Shown: positions 19,980 to 29,844 of the stretch, one piece after another
How positions within the stretch are numbered: the first letter of the stretch is position 1
How the letters are laid out: each line of letters opens with the position of its first letter
Translations under genes and position numbers: made by a program
Assembly (NCBI GenBank): GCA_024275415.1
Contig: JAJRZD010000012.1
Span: forward strand, 17,796-81,795
Direction of reading: 5' to 3'
Source: an archaeon
Lineage (GTDB): Archaea; Asgardarchaeota; Thorarchaeia; Thorarchaeales; Thorarchaeaceae
Length of the DNA: 64,000 bases
The notes under the pieces: generated by a model
What the model was told of the DNA's origin: nothing
Seen by the model: only the letters and a program-made list of their open reading frames with translations
The model's database searches: none

Positions 19980-20199
19980 CGTTCCTCAAAACCTGAATGC
20001 TACCTCATAGACCTATAAACGTACGCGAAAGGCATTAGTCGCAGAGTGACGAAAGGACTGGTTCTTGCATGGGAACGCCATGAGGAACTTATATGTTGAA
20101 GTAGTGTTCCTGTGTTGCTGGGTACAGACGATGGATCCCAGAGTAGAGGAACACGCAAGGATAATTGTCTAATGGAGCACCCAAATCAAGAGAGGCGAG

Positions 20200-21192
20200 A
20201 TGGTAGCAATCGTTGCAAGTCCACTCTCTCATGATCTTGCGGTAGCGGTGACACGTGAGGTCGCTAAGGCAGGTGGTGTACCACTGGCACTGATGGGTAG
20301 CGAGGAGATAATGAGAGCATTCTTTGATGGAGCAGATGACGAAACACTCGCAATAGAACCTGCACATACGAGAGCTGCGACTGAGAAGTGTGATGCCTTC
20401 ATCTTCATACGCTCTCCGATGAATATCAAGGCAATGGCCAATGTAGACCCGAAAAGGATAATCTTGTACAGTAAGACCAATCAAGAGATACAGGCGATAC
20501 GTCTATCAAAGAAGTGGTGTCTTACAGTCCATCCATGTCTTACGCTTGCTCAACAAGCTAACATGAGCATGGATGAATACCAAGATTTCGTATATGGTGC
20601 CACACTCATTGACTGGGAAGAGGAGAGCAAGAATCTCTTCCTGATGAAGGAACACCTAGAGCGTCATAGTGACATCAGGTACGTCGGGCCTGAAACTGAT
20701 CTTTATGCAAAGACTGAAGGGCGCATTTGGATCGCATCAGACGGGAAACGTAATCTCCCAAGCGGGGAGGTCTTTACGGCTCCGATCGAGGACTCGGTGG
20801 AGGGTAAGATCTACTTTGACATCCCATTCCTCCAGCAGGGTAAAGTGATAGAGGGTGTCCGCTTGACTTTTGAAAAGGGCGAGGTCGTTGATTTCTCTGC
20901 CGAGAAATCTGAGGGAACCCTCAAGACGATAATCGAAACCGACTAAGGGTCAAGACGGCTTGGGGAGATTGCCATCGGCACCAACCGTGGCATCAAGCAA
21001 TACACCCTGAACATGCTCTTCGATGAGAAGATAGGTGATACCATACATTGTGCATTAGGGAGAGCATATGCCGAGTGCAATGGCACAAACAACTCAGCCG
21101 TCCATGTGGACATGATAAAGACGATGCTTGAAGGAGAGATTATTGCAGGCGACGAGGTGATCTATTCAAAAGGCAAGTACTTCTACGAATAG
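20200..21192 (+). pseudogene. M29 family aminopeptidase (AmpS/aminopeptidase T-like) interrupted by an in-frame TAA at 20944-20946
   Basis: ORF 20200..20946 ends ...KTIIETD-TAA. The same frame continues GSRRLGEIAIGTNRGIKQ...IHCALGRAYAECNGTNNSAVHVDMIK...YFYE-TAG. This is the conserved M29 C-terminal region (GEIAIGTN, H.ALG, S..H.D). The N-terminus also looks short relative to the family. Confidence 0.6.
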
Positions 21193-21220
21193 GTTGTAAA
21201 ATTCCAATGGAGCAGTTTCA

Positions 21221-22258
21221 CTAAGATGCCGAATTGGGAATGACTTTTCCTGGTTTGGGGAGTATAATGGTGAATTTCGCTCCGCTCATCTCAGTTTCAC
21301 CTAGCTTCGGTTTGAACTTGATAACCCCACCATACTTCTTTACTATGCGGATGGACTGGGCAATCCCGATACCACCAAACCTGCGACTAGTGTCAAAGAG
21401 GCTCCCAATGACATGGGCAGGGATACCGGAGCCATTGTCTATTATGTGTACTGTGTAGAGGTCATCATTCGGTGTGGCGTGAATCCAAACTACCTTCTTA
21501 ATTGAATGATTATGTATTATTGCATTCTCTAGTATGTTTAGAAAGAGATTCTCAAGAAACGGGTCAGCTTTGATGAGAGCATTTTGAATCTCGATTCTAA
21601 GATTGACCTGAACGTCCGGGAAACGGAACCGTAGGATTTTGACGGCATGCATCAACGTGTCTTCAAGATAGACATCCTCAAGGGGCATGTTCAGGAACCC
21701 CTTTGTGGAATGCACCTTTTCAATGATAGTGCTCAGTGAGCTGATCGAGTCGAGAATGACAGCGACGGCGGCTTCTGATGTTTTATTCCTACAGATGTCC
21801 CGAAGAATTTCCGCGCCCAGCAGTGTCGCTTGAAGCCTGTTCCTGAGGTCATGAGCCATGATATCAAGAATGGCTTCGACTTCCTCTTCAGCACGGTAGC
21901 GGGCGGTGACATCTGTGGCAATGTGAATCACTCGTTCAATCTGGCCGTTGTCATCAAGTATTGGGGTGCATGATACAAGAAACATGCCTCCCAATGCTTC
22001 TATGAGCATGTCATTCGTTTCAAGTTTGCCAGAGTCAGTGAGGCTTTTCAAGGGACAGCCACAAGCAGGCTCGGTAGAAGAGTGAAAGACCTCATAGCAG
22101 TACTTCCCAATCAATTCCTCTTTGGGTTTCTCCACAGCTTTGACAGTAGCATCATTGACCTCGAGAATCCTGTGGTCTTTATCAAGTATCATAGTTGGAT
22201 GACCAATCGCTTGAAAGATATTCTCCCACAGGATAGGATGTTCATTCGTTCCTTCCAC
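21221..22258 (-). CDS. Sensor histidine kinase with N-terminal PAS domain (cytoplasmic)
   Basis: A PAS domain (ILDKDHRILEVNDATVKAVEKPKEELIGKYCYEVFH) is present. The H-box is MAHDLRNRLQA. HATPase N/G boxes are LENAIIHN and IIDNGSGIP...GGIGIAQS. No response regulator is adjacent. Confidence 0.85.
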   Translation of the reverse strand: MEGTNEHPILWENIFQAIGHPTMILDKDHRILEVNDATVKAVEKPKEELIGKYCYEVFHSSTEPACGCPLKSLTDSGKLETNDMLIEALGGMFLVSCTPILDDNGQIERVIHIATDVTARYRAEEEVEAILDIMAHDLRNRLQATLLGAEILRDICRNKTSEAAVAVILDSISSLSTIIEKVHSTKGFLNMPLEDVYLEDTLMHAVKILRFRFPDVQVNLRIEIQNALIKADPFLENLFLNILENAIIHNHSIKKVVWIHATPNDDLYTVHIIDNGSGIPAHVIGSLFDTSRRFGGIGIAQSIRIVKKYGGVIKFKPKLGETEMSGAKFTIILPKPGKVIPNSAS

Positions 22259-22480
22259 AATGTCACCCTCCGGTTACTTCATGTAAGGCCAAAGTTCCTT
22301 TTGACTTTTATCAGAGAACAGTACGCAAGAGTCATATGTTGAGAAACGCGTGATCTCTTACAAATCCAAGTGTTTCTGAAAGCATAATGGTACAGAGTTC
22401 AAAACGAGTTTGCCAAAAGTATAGAGATAGCCTTTTTACAAAAGTGGAGAGTCTGTGTCTATCTTTGCCTGCAAGAAGAG

Positions 22481-23059
22481 ATGAGGTTAATGTCCAAGCG
22501 AATCTATACTGGGATAGGTGATAAGGGCAAGACTGGACTTCTATCTGGTGAGAGGGTGTCCAAGGATCATCCAAGAGTGGAAGCCTATGGGACAGTGGAC
22601 GAACTCATAACAAGTCTGGGGGTCGCAAAGATCTATTCTAGCGAGCGCATCGCCAAACACATCCATGCGATACAACAGATCCTTTTCTATATTGCCGCCG
22701 AGCTTGCGACTGATAGTGATACGCTTCAAGATGATGACCCCATCCTGAATCTACGCAGGGTGAACAAGGATGATGTCATTGGACTCGAAAGGATTGCAGA
22801 CGTACTTGTGGAGGAACTTCCCCTGTTGAAGAATTTCGTCATCCCCGGGGGCACGAAAGGTTCAGCATTCCTGCATGTTGCCCGCACTGTTTGTAGGAGG
22901 GCTGAGCGCAGGGTCATCTCACTATCAACAGAGGCTCAAGTCAATCCGGAGATTGTGAGATTCGTAAATAGACTCTCAGACCTACTGTTTGTAATGGCAC
23001 GCTATGAGAATCGTGAGTCTGGTGAGGGCGACACGCTGATCTCACGAGAGAGTGATTAG
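22481..23059 (+). CDS. pduO: ATP:cob(I)alamin adenosyltransferase, PduO/MMAB type
   Basis: The N-terminal signature IYTGIGDKGKTGLLSGERVSKDHPRVEAYGTVDEL is canonical for PduO-type adenosyltransferases. The size is ~190 aa. Confidence 0.8.
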   Translation: MRLMSKRIYTGIGDKGKTGLLSGERVSKDHPRVEAYGTVDELITSLGVAKIYSSERIAKHIHAIQQILFYIAAELATDSDTLQDDDPILNLRRVNKDDVIGLERIADVLVEELPLLKNFVIPGGTKGSAFLHVARTVCRRAERRVISLSTEAQVNPEIVRFVNRLSDLLFVMARYENRESGEGDTLISRESD

Positions 23060-23083
23060 AAGGTTCAAAGAACGAATCAGGTT

Positions 23084-24562
23084 CTATTGGCTGCAACGAA
23101 CCGCAAGGAACCTGAGATACGCCTGCATCTCCTCTGAAAGATGAGGAGGCTTCCAATCTGAGCCATAGTCGCGGATATTGAGAGCATCAATGCCAGTCCT
23201 TTTTAGTTCCAGCTCGATACGTTCAAGCCCATTCAAGTCTGTAGACAAACCAATGCCCAACGCATTAAGTACCTCACAGCCATACACTGTGTACCACAAG
23301 AGGGTAGTATCATAATACTCGTCCTTTTTCACGATGTGGGCGCACTCCAACTCCTTTCTTCTTGCCTCAATGATTGTCGGAGAAAGCAATGCGATTGACG
23401 GAAATCTGTCTGCTAGGCTGAGATCGATGAAGTGTGTGGAACCTCCCTGTTTCACTTGCTTCACCAATGCGTCAGAGAGTCGTTCCATCAAGACTGCTCT
23501 CGCGTCTTCAAATGAGGACTCAGCATCAATGTCGTCAATGTGATCCAAGAGTGAGCCATCGTAACCTTGGAGGTGTTCTAGTTTCATGATCTCCAAGAAA
23601 GATATTCTAAGATGGTATCGAGCAAGATTGTTGAGCTTTGCATGGATCTCCCTGAACCTCGCTCTCACCACTCCAAACTCGTGAGCTCTCCATTCCTCAC
23701 GCTGAGCTGAGGTGGATATTCTAGACCTGATACTTTCAAGTCCCAGTGGCCAGACTGCTGAGCTAAACGGGAATGAGTCTATTGAGATGCGGGGCGAGAT
23801 GTGGGCTTCCTTCAAAAAGGGGAGCCCAAAGAGCGGCCACAGGTCTATTGTGGTAGAATCGATTCCTGAGATGTTGACCTGCTCTAATCGCTCACATTTG
23901 ACCAAAGGATACAGGTCTAGGTCGCGAACCTTATTCTGTGATATTCCAAGAACTCGTATGTTCGGGGTGGATGCAAAAGGCGAAAGGTCAAGCATTTCGA
24001 TTTTTGTCCAATCCACTAACAGTGTGTCGAGATTAGGACTGGTGTGCAGGAATGTGAGGTCTAGTGATGCGATAGGGTTCTCATTCAGAATGACATGCCG
24101 TAATTGCGGTTTGTTAGATAGGGGTGTCGTGTCAACTGCGCGTATCCAGTTGTGCGAAACATCGATGCTTTCAATCAGATGTGCTTGTTCAAGAGGTGAA
24201 AGGTCGAGCTCTTCCAATTGGTTGTCGCTGAGATTCACTTTTCGAATGCCAGGGCACCTGCGAAGAGGATTGAGATTTACAGCATGAATGTGGTTGTGTG
24301 AGATATCAATGGATTCCAAGGTCTCACCATTGGGCGAGCAAATGAATTCAGATAGTTCAATTCCCTCAAGGCGATTGTGACTAAGGTTCAGTGTTCTGAG
24401 ATGAGGCATCCTTGCTGCCTCGTTCAAGTCGACCTCGATGATGTCCAGACCAGAAAGGTCAAGGGTCTCATTATCAATTGGAAAAGAAAGGGTTTCTTTT
24501 TGCCGAGGTGAGTGTAAGATTTGTATCTCGATATATGGCATTGAGGCTGCAAGACTCCGCAT
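23084..24562 (-). CDS. Leucine-rich repeat protein (~12 LRRs) with ~170-aa helical C-terminal domain
   Basis: Repeated LxxLxLSxNxLxxLDLSPL units are present (LRTLNLSHNRLEGIELS, IRKVNLSDNQLEELDLSPL, LRHVILNENPIASLDLTFL and others). There is no signal peptide. Confidence 0.75.
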   Translation of the reverse strand: MRSLAASMPYIEIQILHSPRQKETLSFPIDNETLDLSGLDIIEVDLNEAARMPHLRTLNLSHNRLEGIELSEFICSPNGETLESIDISHNHIHAVNLNPLRRCPGIRKVNLSDNQLEELDLSPLEQAHLIESIDVSHNWIRAVDTTPLSNKPQLRHVILNENPIASLDLTFLHTSPNLDTLLVDWTKIEMLDLSPFASTPNIRVLGISQNKVRDLDLYPLVKCERLEQVNISGIDSTTIDLWPLFGLPFLKEAHISPRISIDSFPFSSAVWPLGLESIRSRISTSAQREEWRAHEFGVVRARFREIHAKLNNLARYHLRISFLEIMKLEHLQGYDGSLLDHIDDIDAESSFEDARAVLMERLSDALVKQVKQGGSTHFIDLSLADRFPSIALLSPTIIEARRKELECAHIVKKDEYYDTTLLWYTVYGCEVLNALGIGLSTDLNGLERIELELKRTGIDALNIRDYGSDWKPPHLSEEMQAYLRFLAVRCSQ

Positions 24563-24648
24563 CTTCGATAGACAGGTTGGCTAATGAGTCTTACATTAAG
24601 GGATAAAACCATGTTGCTTGGATGACACCGGTCACAGCAGGTAGCGTT

Positions 24649-24939
24649 TTACGGCCTCCAGCCCAATCCAGCAGGAGGAGTTCTAATTACAGAATCAAGC
24701 ACATACTCGGCCAAGACCGACTTGGGAATCTCATTGTTCATAACATAGAGGGGCTTCCGCATATCGCTGAGGTTCGGGATTCTCTTACAGATCCGGTTCT
24801 CTGTAAGAGTTGAAAGTGCAAGTGTTACGGTTCTAGGAGAGAGTTCTACTTTCTCGCATATCTCGTGAGGACTGATTGGCCCATAGTTTGCTACGACTTG
24901 TAGGACTGTAAGGATTCCTGCTGAAAGTTGAGTCGCCAT
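24649..24939 (-). CDS. Winged-helix transcriptional regulator (MarR/TrmB-like)
   Basis: The ORF is 96 aa. The wHTH block is YGPISPHEICEKVELSPRTVTLALSTLTENRICKR. Confidence 0.55.
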   Translation of the reverse strand: MATQLSAGILTVLQVVANYGPISPHEICEKVELSPRTVTLALSTLTENRICKRIPNLSDMRKPLYVMNNEIPKSVLAEYVLDSVIRTPPAGLGWRP

Positions 24940-25132
24940 TTCTAAGTATGCACCCCGATGATTCTTTTAGCACAGATATATCCATTCCATCTCATATTGT
25001 GCATCAGAGATAGTATATCCACTTGTGTAAGCCGACACACAATGATTGAGATGATGTCGGAATCATCGGATTTATGACTAGGAATTTGTAACCCATATCT
25101 CAAGTATGTAGTATGTACACGGAGGCAGCAGG

Positions 25133-25564
25133 ATGGCTGATGCCAAAGAACGACTGGTTGACCTAGTGAAGAACCGAGACCTCAGCTCAATACAGGTGAT
25201 GGCGTCGGAGCTGTCGCTTGACGAGGATGAAGTAAGGAGTTTCCTTGCCGAACTTGCAACAGAGGGCAGACTCAACGGGTATATCACAGAGGACGGAAAG
25301 CGCTTTTTCAGGTCTGACATAACGGTACCAACACCGGGACATACTACTCCTGAGGACGTTCCTGAATTCCTGAAGTACGACACACTACCAGGAAAGTTCT
25401 TGGCGTTCGTAGGGCTTATGATAATGGTCATAGCAGGTGTCTTACTGGCAATCTTCTCAGGTACCATATATTATGAGAATCTTGGGACTGCACTCCTGCT
25501 CATTGGATTGGTCACTACGATGGCTGGGTGCTACCACATTGGACGCAGAAAGACGCCTCAGTGA
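25133..25564 (+). CDS. Membrane-anchored winged-helix protein (N-terminal wHTH-like domain, two C-terminal TM helices)
   Basis: The wHTH-like block is SIQVMASELSLDEDEVRSFLAELATEGRLNGYI. TM helices are FLAFVGLMIMVIAGVLLAIF and ALLLIGLVTTMAGCY. Confidence 0.45.
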   Translation: MADAKERLVDLVKNRDLSSIQVMASELSLDEDEVRSFLAELATEGRLNGYITEDGKRFFRSDITVPTPGHTTPEDVPEFLKYDTLPGKFLAFVGLMIMVIAGVLLAIFSGTIYYENLGTALLLIGLVTTMAGCYHIGRRKTPQ

Positions 25565-25630
25565 ACGATGTTCATACAAAGCTGTTTAAGTAGGAGACTT
25601 CCTCGCCCAAACGATGAAGGCGACGCTAGA

Positions 25631-26563
25631 ATGCAAGACATGGTCGTAGAGATACTTATGATTGCAGCTTTCGCAGTTGCTGTGGGGACTATTTCATCAA
25701 TGGTCGGCATTGGGGGAGGCATCATCAACACCCCGCTTCTTATCATAATATTTGGGCTGACTGCTCAGACCGCGCCTGCTACGGCACTTGTAGCTGCGCT
25801 CTTCGTTGCGGCAGCTAGCACTGTTGCCTATTATAGGCAAGAACCGAGACCTATCATGTTCAAGCCTGGGCTCTTTCTTGCCATTACGACTATCCCCGGA
25901 TCTTTTGCGGGGGTAGCTCTACGGGAGTTCATCGTGGATGATTATGTGCTCCGTATCATCTTTGGGGTCGCGTTGTTTCCTGTGGCGTTGAAAATGCTTT
26001 TTGCCAAAAAAAGAGGGAAGGCAGATGAGGTTACTGCATTCAAGTTCTCAGACATCTCTAGCGGAAGGCTTGCCCTCACATTATTTGGTGGATTCATCGG
26101 TGGCGTATCGGCAGGGCTTCTCGGAATAGGGGGCGGTGCTGTGGTCGTACCCGTCCTCACAATACTCATGGGACTTCCGATCCATGCAGCAGTAGCGACA
26201 TCGATGTTCACAATGGTATTCACCGCATCAGCAGGCACAGCTCGCAATTTCATGGGTGGACACATCGACCCGTTCTATGCCTTGGCGCTTGGCATGGGGA
26301 TGGTCATCGGTGCTCAAATCGGTCCGAGGCTTGCATCTAAGGTAAACGCTGTACAGCTCAAGCAGGTATTCGGTCTTGTCCTTGTGTTCCCATTGGTAAA
26401 GATGATGTACCTAGGACAGATGCTGCTCGACCCTGCTGGTGAGAGCTTTGTTATGGCCACCATTGGAGACCTCATCATATGGGTCATCATCGTAGTCCCT
26501 ATCGGGTTGCTCCGCCTATATCAACTCAGGAAGTCAAAGGAGTTGCGTGTCGTCACCAAATAA
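25631..26563 (+). CDS. TauE/SafE (DUF81) family sulfite/anion exporter-like membrane protein
   Basis: The twofold repeat has GIGGGIINTPLLIIIFG and GIGGGAVVVPVLTILMG motifs. It has ~8 TM helices. The start is chosen at ATG 25631 (MQDMVVEIL) rather than the ORF track's 25568. Confidence 0.7.
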   Translation: MQDMVVEILMIAAFAVAVGTISSMVGIGGGIINTPLLIIIFGLTAQTAPATALVAALFVAAASTVAYYRQEPRPIMFKPGLFLAITTIPGSFAGVALREFIVDDYVLRIIFGVALFPVALKMLFAKKRGKADEVTAFKFSDISSGRLALTLFGGFIGGVSAGLLGIGGGAVVVPVLTILMGLPIHAAVATSMFTMVFTASAGTARNFMGGHIDPFYALALGMGMVIGAQIGPRLASKVNAVQLKQVFGLVLVFPLVKMMYLGQMLLDPAGESFVMATIGDLIIWVIIVVPIGLLRLYQLRKSKELRVVTK

Positions 26564-26827
26564 GGTTCACAATTGCAAGTCCATTGACATGAGTTGCAGA
26601 CGGGCATTCGGCTAAGGCTACAGCCTCCGTTTTATCAGCAGCAGGATGATGACCAATACAACTACACTATCTTTGTAAAGTGGGAATTATGACAGCCTCA
26701 CCCAGCTCAGTGCCTGCACCAATTAGGCAAGACTCTATCTGCGAAAGAACCATGATGTAGGAGCTATTTTAAGAAGTTTTGATATGTAATAATGTAAAAT
26801 CAGAGTAACTCGGCGGAATGAATTAGA

Positions 26828-27235
26828 GTGGATGAGTCTAGGAAGATTCGATACAAAACAAAAATGCGATACGTTATCGACAGATTATCCCTTGCAGAGG
26901 GATTGATTGTGAATCCGACTGAAACCGAATTGATGGCACTATATTATTCGTTGCTCACATCTATTGAGAGTGTAATGGATATGATTGCCATGATGATAAA
27001 AGACTTGGGCGAAATTGGTAAAGGTGATCGACACAACATCGAACTGTTAAGAACAAAGGACCACATCACCGAAGAACTCTCAAAGGATCTAATGGCATGC
27101 AATGGTCTGAGAAATGTCCTTGTGCATCAGTATAATGGAATAGATAAAACAATAGTCATCGAGTCGTTTGCTAATGTCAAAAAAGCACTTGGAGGAATGA
27201 TTGAAATTGTCGAGCGATTCATCGAAGAATCTTGA
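26828..27235 (+). CDS. hepT: HepT (DUF86) HEPN-domain toxin of a HepT/MntA toxin-antitoxin pair
   Basis: The R-x4-HxY HEPN motif is GLRNVLVHQYNG. The size is ~130 aa. Confidence 0.65.
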   Translation: MDESRKIRYKTKMRYVIDRLSLAEGLIVNPTETELMALYYSLLTSIESVMDMIAMMIKDLGEIGKGDRHNIELLRTKDHITEELSKDLMACNGLRNVLVHQYNGIDKTIVIESFANVKKALGGMIEIVERFIEES

Positions 27236-27602
27236 ACTCATAAGAGAAGATCTACAGGTGATTTCAGACAGAGATGTGCTTCTGTTTGGTTCCTTCCTCA
27301 CAGGTGAGTTTCGAGATGGCTCTGACATTGATGTTGCTGTTCTTGCATACTCCGAAGATCAAAATATCATGAAGAACCTCAAGATGCAGATAATCCAAGA
27401 AATCCCAGCAATCTATGATGTGTCTATCTTTGAGGCACTTCCCACCATAGTAAAGAAAAACATCCTTGAAGAATATGTAGTGGTGTTCGGAAATCCTGTA
27501 GAGATTGCAGAATACCTGAGGAGGTACTGGAAAGAGTGTCGGGATTATGCGTTTCGCTTGGAATTGCCATCTTTAGAAGAAATGAAACGAAACATTCGCT
27601 GA
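27201..27602 (+). CDS. mntA: MntA minimal nucleotidyltransferase antitoxin
   Basis: The NTase motif is LLFGSFLTGEFRDGSDIDVAVL. It overlaps hepT by 35 bp. Confidence 0.65.
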   Translation: MKLSSDSSKNLELIREDLQVISDRDVLLFGSFLTGEFRDGSDIDVAVLAYSEDQNIMKNLKMQIIQEIPAIYDVSIFEALPTIVKKNILEEYVVVFGNPVEIAEYLRRYWKECRDYAFRLELPSLEEMKRNIR

Positions 27603-27810
27603 TCAGGTGAGCCCAAAACCACTATTCGTTCGTACTGGATGCAATAAGTCCACCTCTAGTGACAAGGACACACTTTCCTCATACACCAAGGTTACTTGAT
27701 GCAGCTAATACTAATATAGAAACTAACAGGAATATAAACGGCAGAATGTGAATTGGTCTAAGTGATGCTAGACAAGTCGGTGTTTTGTCCATGTCCATTG
27801 GTGAGCAATA

Positions 27811-28164
27811 ATGCTACAAGGAGTAGTCGTGCTGAACGAATCTGGTGAAACCGTCATTTCTCTAGGGAAGAATGGCATGGGTTGTAACACCGAGATGGTC
27901 GGCGACTTGGTCGGGGCAGTCCAGATGTTCATACAACAGATGACTGGCGATACTGTGAAATCGATAGCCTTCGGTGAAATTACCCTGTATCTGTGCCAGA
28001 CTGAGAATGGTCATGTGATAACAATGTACGACTTGGATGATGACTCTGGCAAGGTACAAAGCCAGCGAATTGCCGAACTCGTAACGGACAACCGAACTAT
28101 GGAAGACACTTTCAGGTTCATCAATCAGATCTCGCAGATGCTTGATGAGGGCAATGACACCTGA
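27811..28164 (+). CDS. Roadblock/LC7 (MglB-like) domain protein, putative
   Basis: The ORF is 117 aa. Its beta-alpha-beta-beta-alpha pattern (GVVVLNESGETVISLG ... MVGDLVGAVQMFIQQM ... GEITLYLCQTENGHVITMYD) resembles Roadblock/LC7 folds. This rests on pattern only and is not verified. Confidence 0.35.
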   Translation: MLQGVVVLNESGETVISLGKNGMGCNTEMVGDLVGAVQMFIQQMTGDTVKSIAFGEITLYLCQTENGHVITMYDLDDDSGKVQSQRIAELVTDNRTMEDTFRFINQISQMLDEGNDT

Positions 28165-28254
28165 TTGTTGTACCAACCCAATCTGCAACGCCGCATTCTA
28201 AGGACTCTGACAATCCTAGAGGACTCGTTGACATCCAATACATGGGACTTCCTG

Positions 28255-29268
28255 CTACAGGTAGAATCTCTTACAATACGGCGTTGAGTGCCTTGACTGC
28301 ATTTCATGTGTCCATGAGGCAGGCAGACTGAATCCTGAACACTTGTACGCGATATCAGATAGGATCCAGGGGCCATTCAATGGCTGAAGAAGCCAAGGAT
28401 AATCAGACATGTCTTCCGTTAGCAATGGTTTCCATTGGTACAGCTGTGTCGATACAGGTCCATCCTGTGTGACTGAATATATCGCATTGATCACCGCCCC
28501 GTCATTCTGCCATTGATGTGCAAAACACCGGATATTCCGCCACTCAACTGTATCGATGACGACTCCGGACATAAAGCGACCAAGTTTCTTTCCCTGTACC
28601 CAGTAATAGCCGTTCTTGCCTGCTGCAAATAGAACGCCATTCTCGATGTCATTACCGTCCCGCAGCGATTCCTCCAAGAGGAATGGTTCCGATCCTAAGA
28701 ACTTCTCTGCCTCTCGGACAAGCATGTCATGAATGGGTCTGTCACGCAGGACGGTGTTCAGGTCAAGAACCGCGTTGTAAGTCAGGCTCGCGGGCATTCT
28801 CTCAAGATATGAGAGGCCCCTCATGATAGGTTTCTCCTCTGTGAAAGACTCGCCAGTCCTGATGTCCTCAATGATGTCAAGACACAGACGCATCGTAGAC
28901 TGGAAATGATCCCTGATATCCTGCTTGGTCTGGCCACTTTCTCCCCTGGGTGCCTTGACTTCGAAGGAACTCGTTTCAGTAGTGTGACAGCCGTATTGAT
29001 CCAGCGCGATGCCCGAAATCAAAACCCTATCATCCTTCTTGGGCTCGACGCCTCGGATACAATCATAGGGAATTACCTTCGAAATGCGGTATGCTTGCTT
29101 ACGATTCTTTTCTAAAAGCACAGTTCTTCTGCTGGTCAGGACAAAGAACCCATTCTGGATCTCACAGACAAGGTGGACTTCCTCATTGGGCAAAAGGCAC
29201 TGCCGAGCAACCTTGAACATCTCGGCTCCAGAAGGTGTAAGGGTTTCGATTGTTTCGACCATGCACAT
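28255..29268 (-). CDS. Hypothetical protein, N-terminal ~110 aa bacterial-type PH-like (bPH/GRAM-like) domain
   Basis: EEVHLVCEIQNGFFVLTSRRTVLLEKN...ISKVIPYDCIRGVE fits the bPH pattern (G..vLTn.Rli). The rest is unassigned. Confidence 0.3.
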   Translation of the reverse strand: MCMVETIETLTPSGAEMFKVARQCLLPNEEVHLVCEIQNGFFVLTSRRTVLLEKNRKQAYRISKVIPYDCIRGVEPKKDDRVLISGIALDQYGCHTTETSSFEVKAPRGESGQTKQDIRDHFQSTMRLCLDIIEDIRTGESFTEEKPIMRGLSYLERMPASLTYNAVLDLNTVLRDRPIHDMLVREAEKFLGSEPFLLEESLRDGNDIENGVLFAAGKNGYYWVQGKKLGRFMSGVVIDTVEWRNIRCFAHQWQNDGAVINAIYSVTQDGPVSTQLYQWKPLLTEDMSDYPWLLQPLNGPWILSDIAYKCSGFSLPASWTHEMQSRHSTPYCKRFYL

Positions 29269-29274
29269 ACCTCG

Positions 29275-29721
29275 CTATTTTAAGAAACTACGTTTTAGTT
29301 TGTCCATGGGACATGCCTTCGTCTTGAGCATTACATCAGGGTTGGCAGCTTGTAGCTTCTCCTTGAACACACCATCTGGGAGCCTGACATACCCGGACTT
29401 CTCAATCTCGATGAACGCAATCCACGGGCTTTCCTGAAGGGTTTCAATCAACCTCTGGAGATTCTTTGCAGGCTCCTTGGCAGCGGTATCAATCAATGCC
29501 TTGCAGTTGTCACACATAAAAAAGAAACCAGGAAGCTTTACGAGAACCTGCGTGTGTCGCTTGTCTTGACGAGTGGTCTTTTTGTCGACGTGAAAAAGAC
29601 CTATGATTGCATGATGGGAATCCACAGTGTCTGGGACATCACATCCACAGGACAGACACGCCTTTGGCCATCTAAGGGCTATCACATCTTCGCGATTCTT
29701 CATATCTGAGAATTTGTACAA
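29275..29721 (-). CDS. Hypothetical zinc-ribbon protein
   Basis: The ORF is 148 aa. Cys pairs are CLSCGC and CDNC. It lies 6 bp downstream of the preceding gene on the same strand. Confidence 0.35.
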   Translation of the reverse strand: MYKFSDMKNREDVIALRWPKACLSCGCDVPDTVDSHHAIIGLFHVDKKTTRQDKRHTQVLVKLPGFFFMCDNCKALIDTAAKEPAKNLQRLIETLQESPWIAFIEIEKSGYVRLPDGVFKEKLQAANPDVMLKTKACPMDKLKRSFLK

Positions 29722-29844
29722 TGGTATACTCCAAGCCCAACAGGGACAACTATCTTGATATGAAATTTTGGGAAACTAGTGTACATAAACGCAACATACT
29801 AGTCCACCGCCTGTTCATTTTTCACAGGATGGCCCCCGTAGTGT

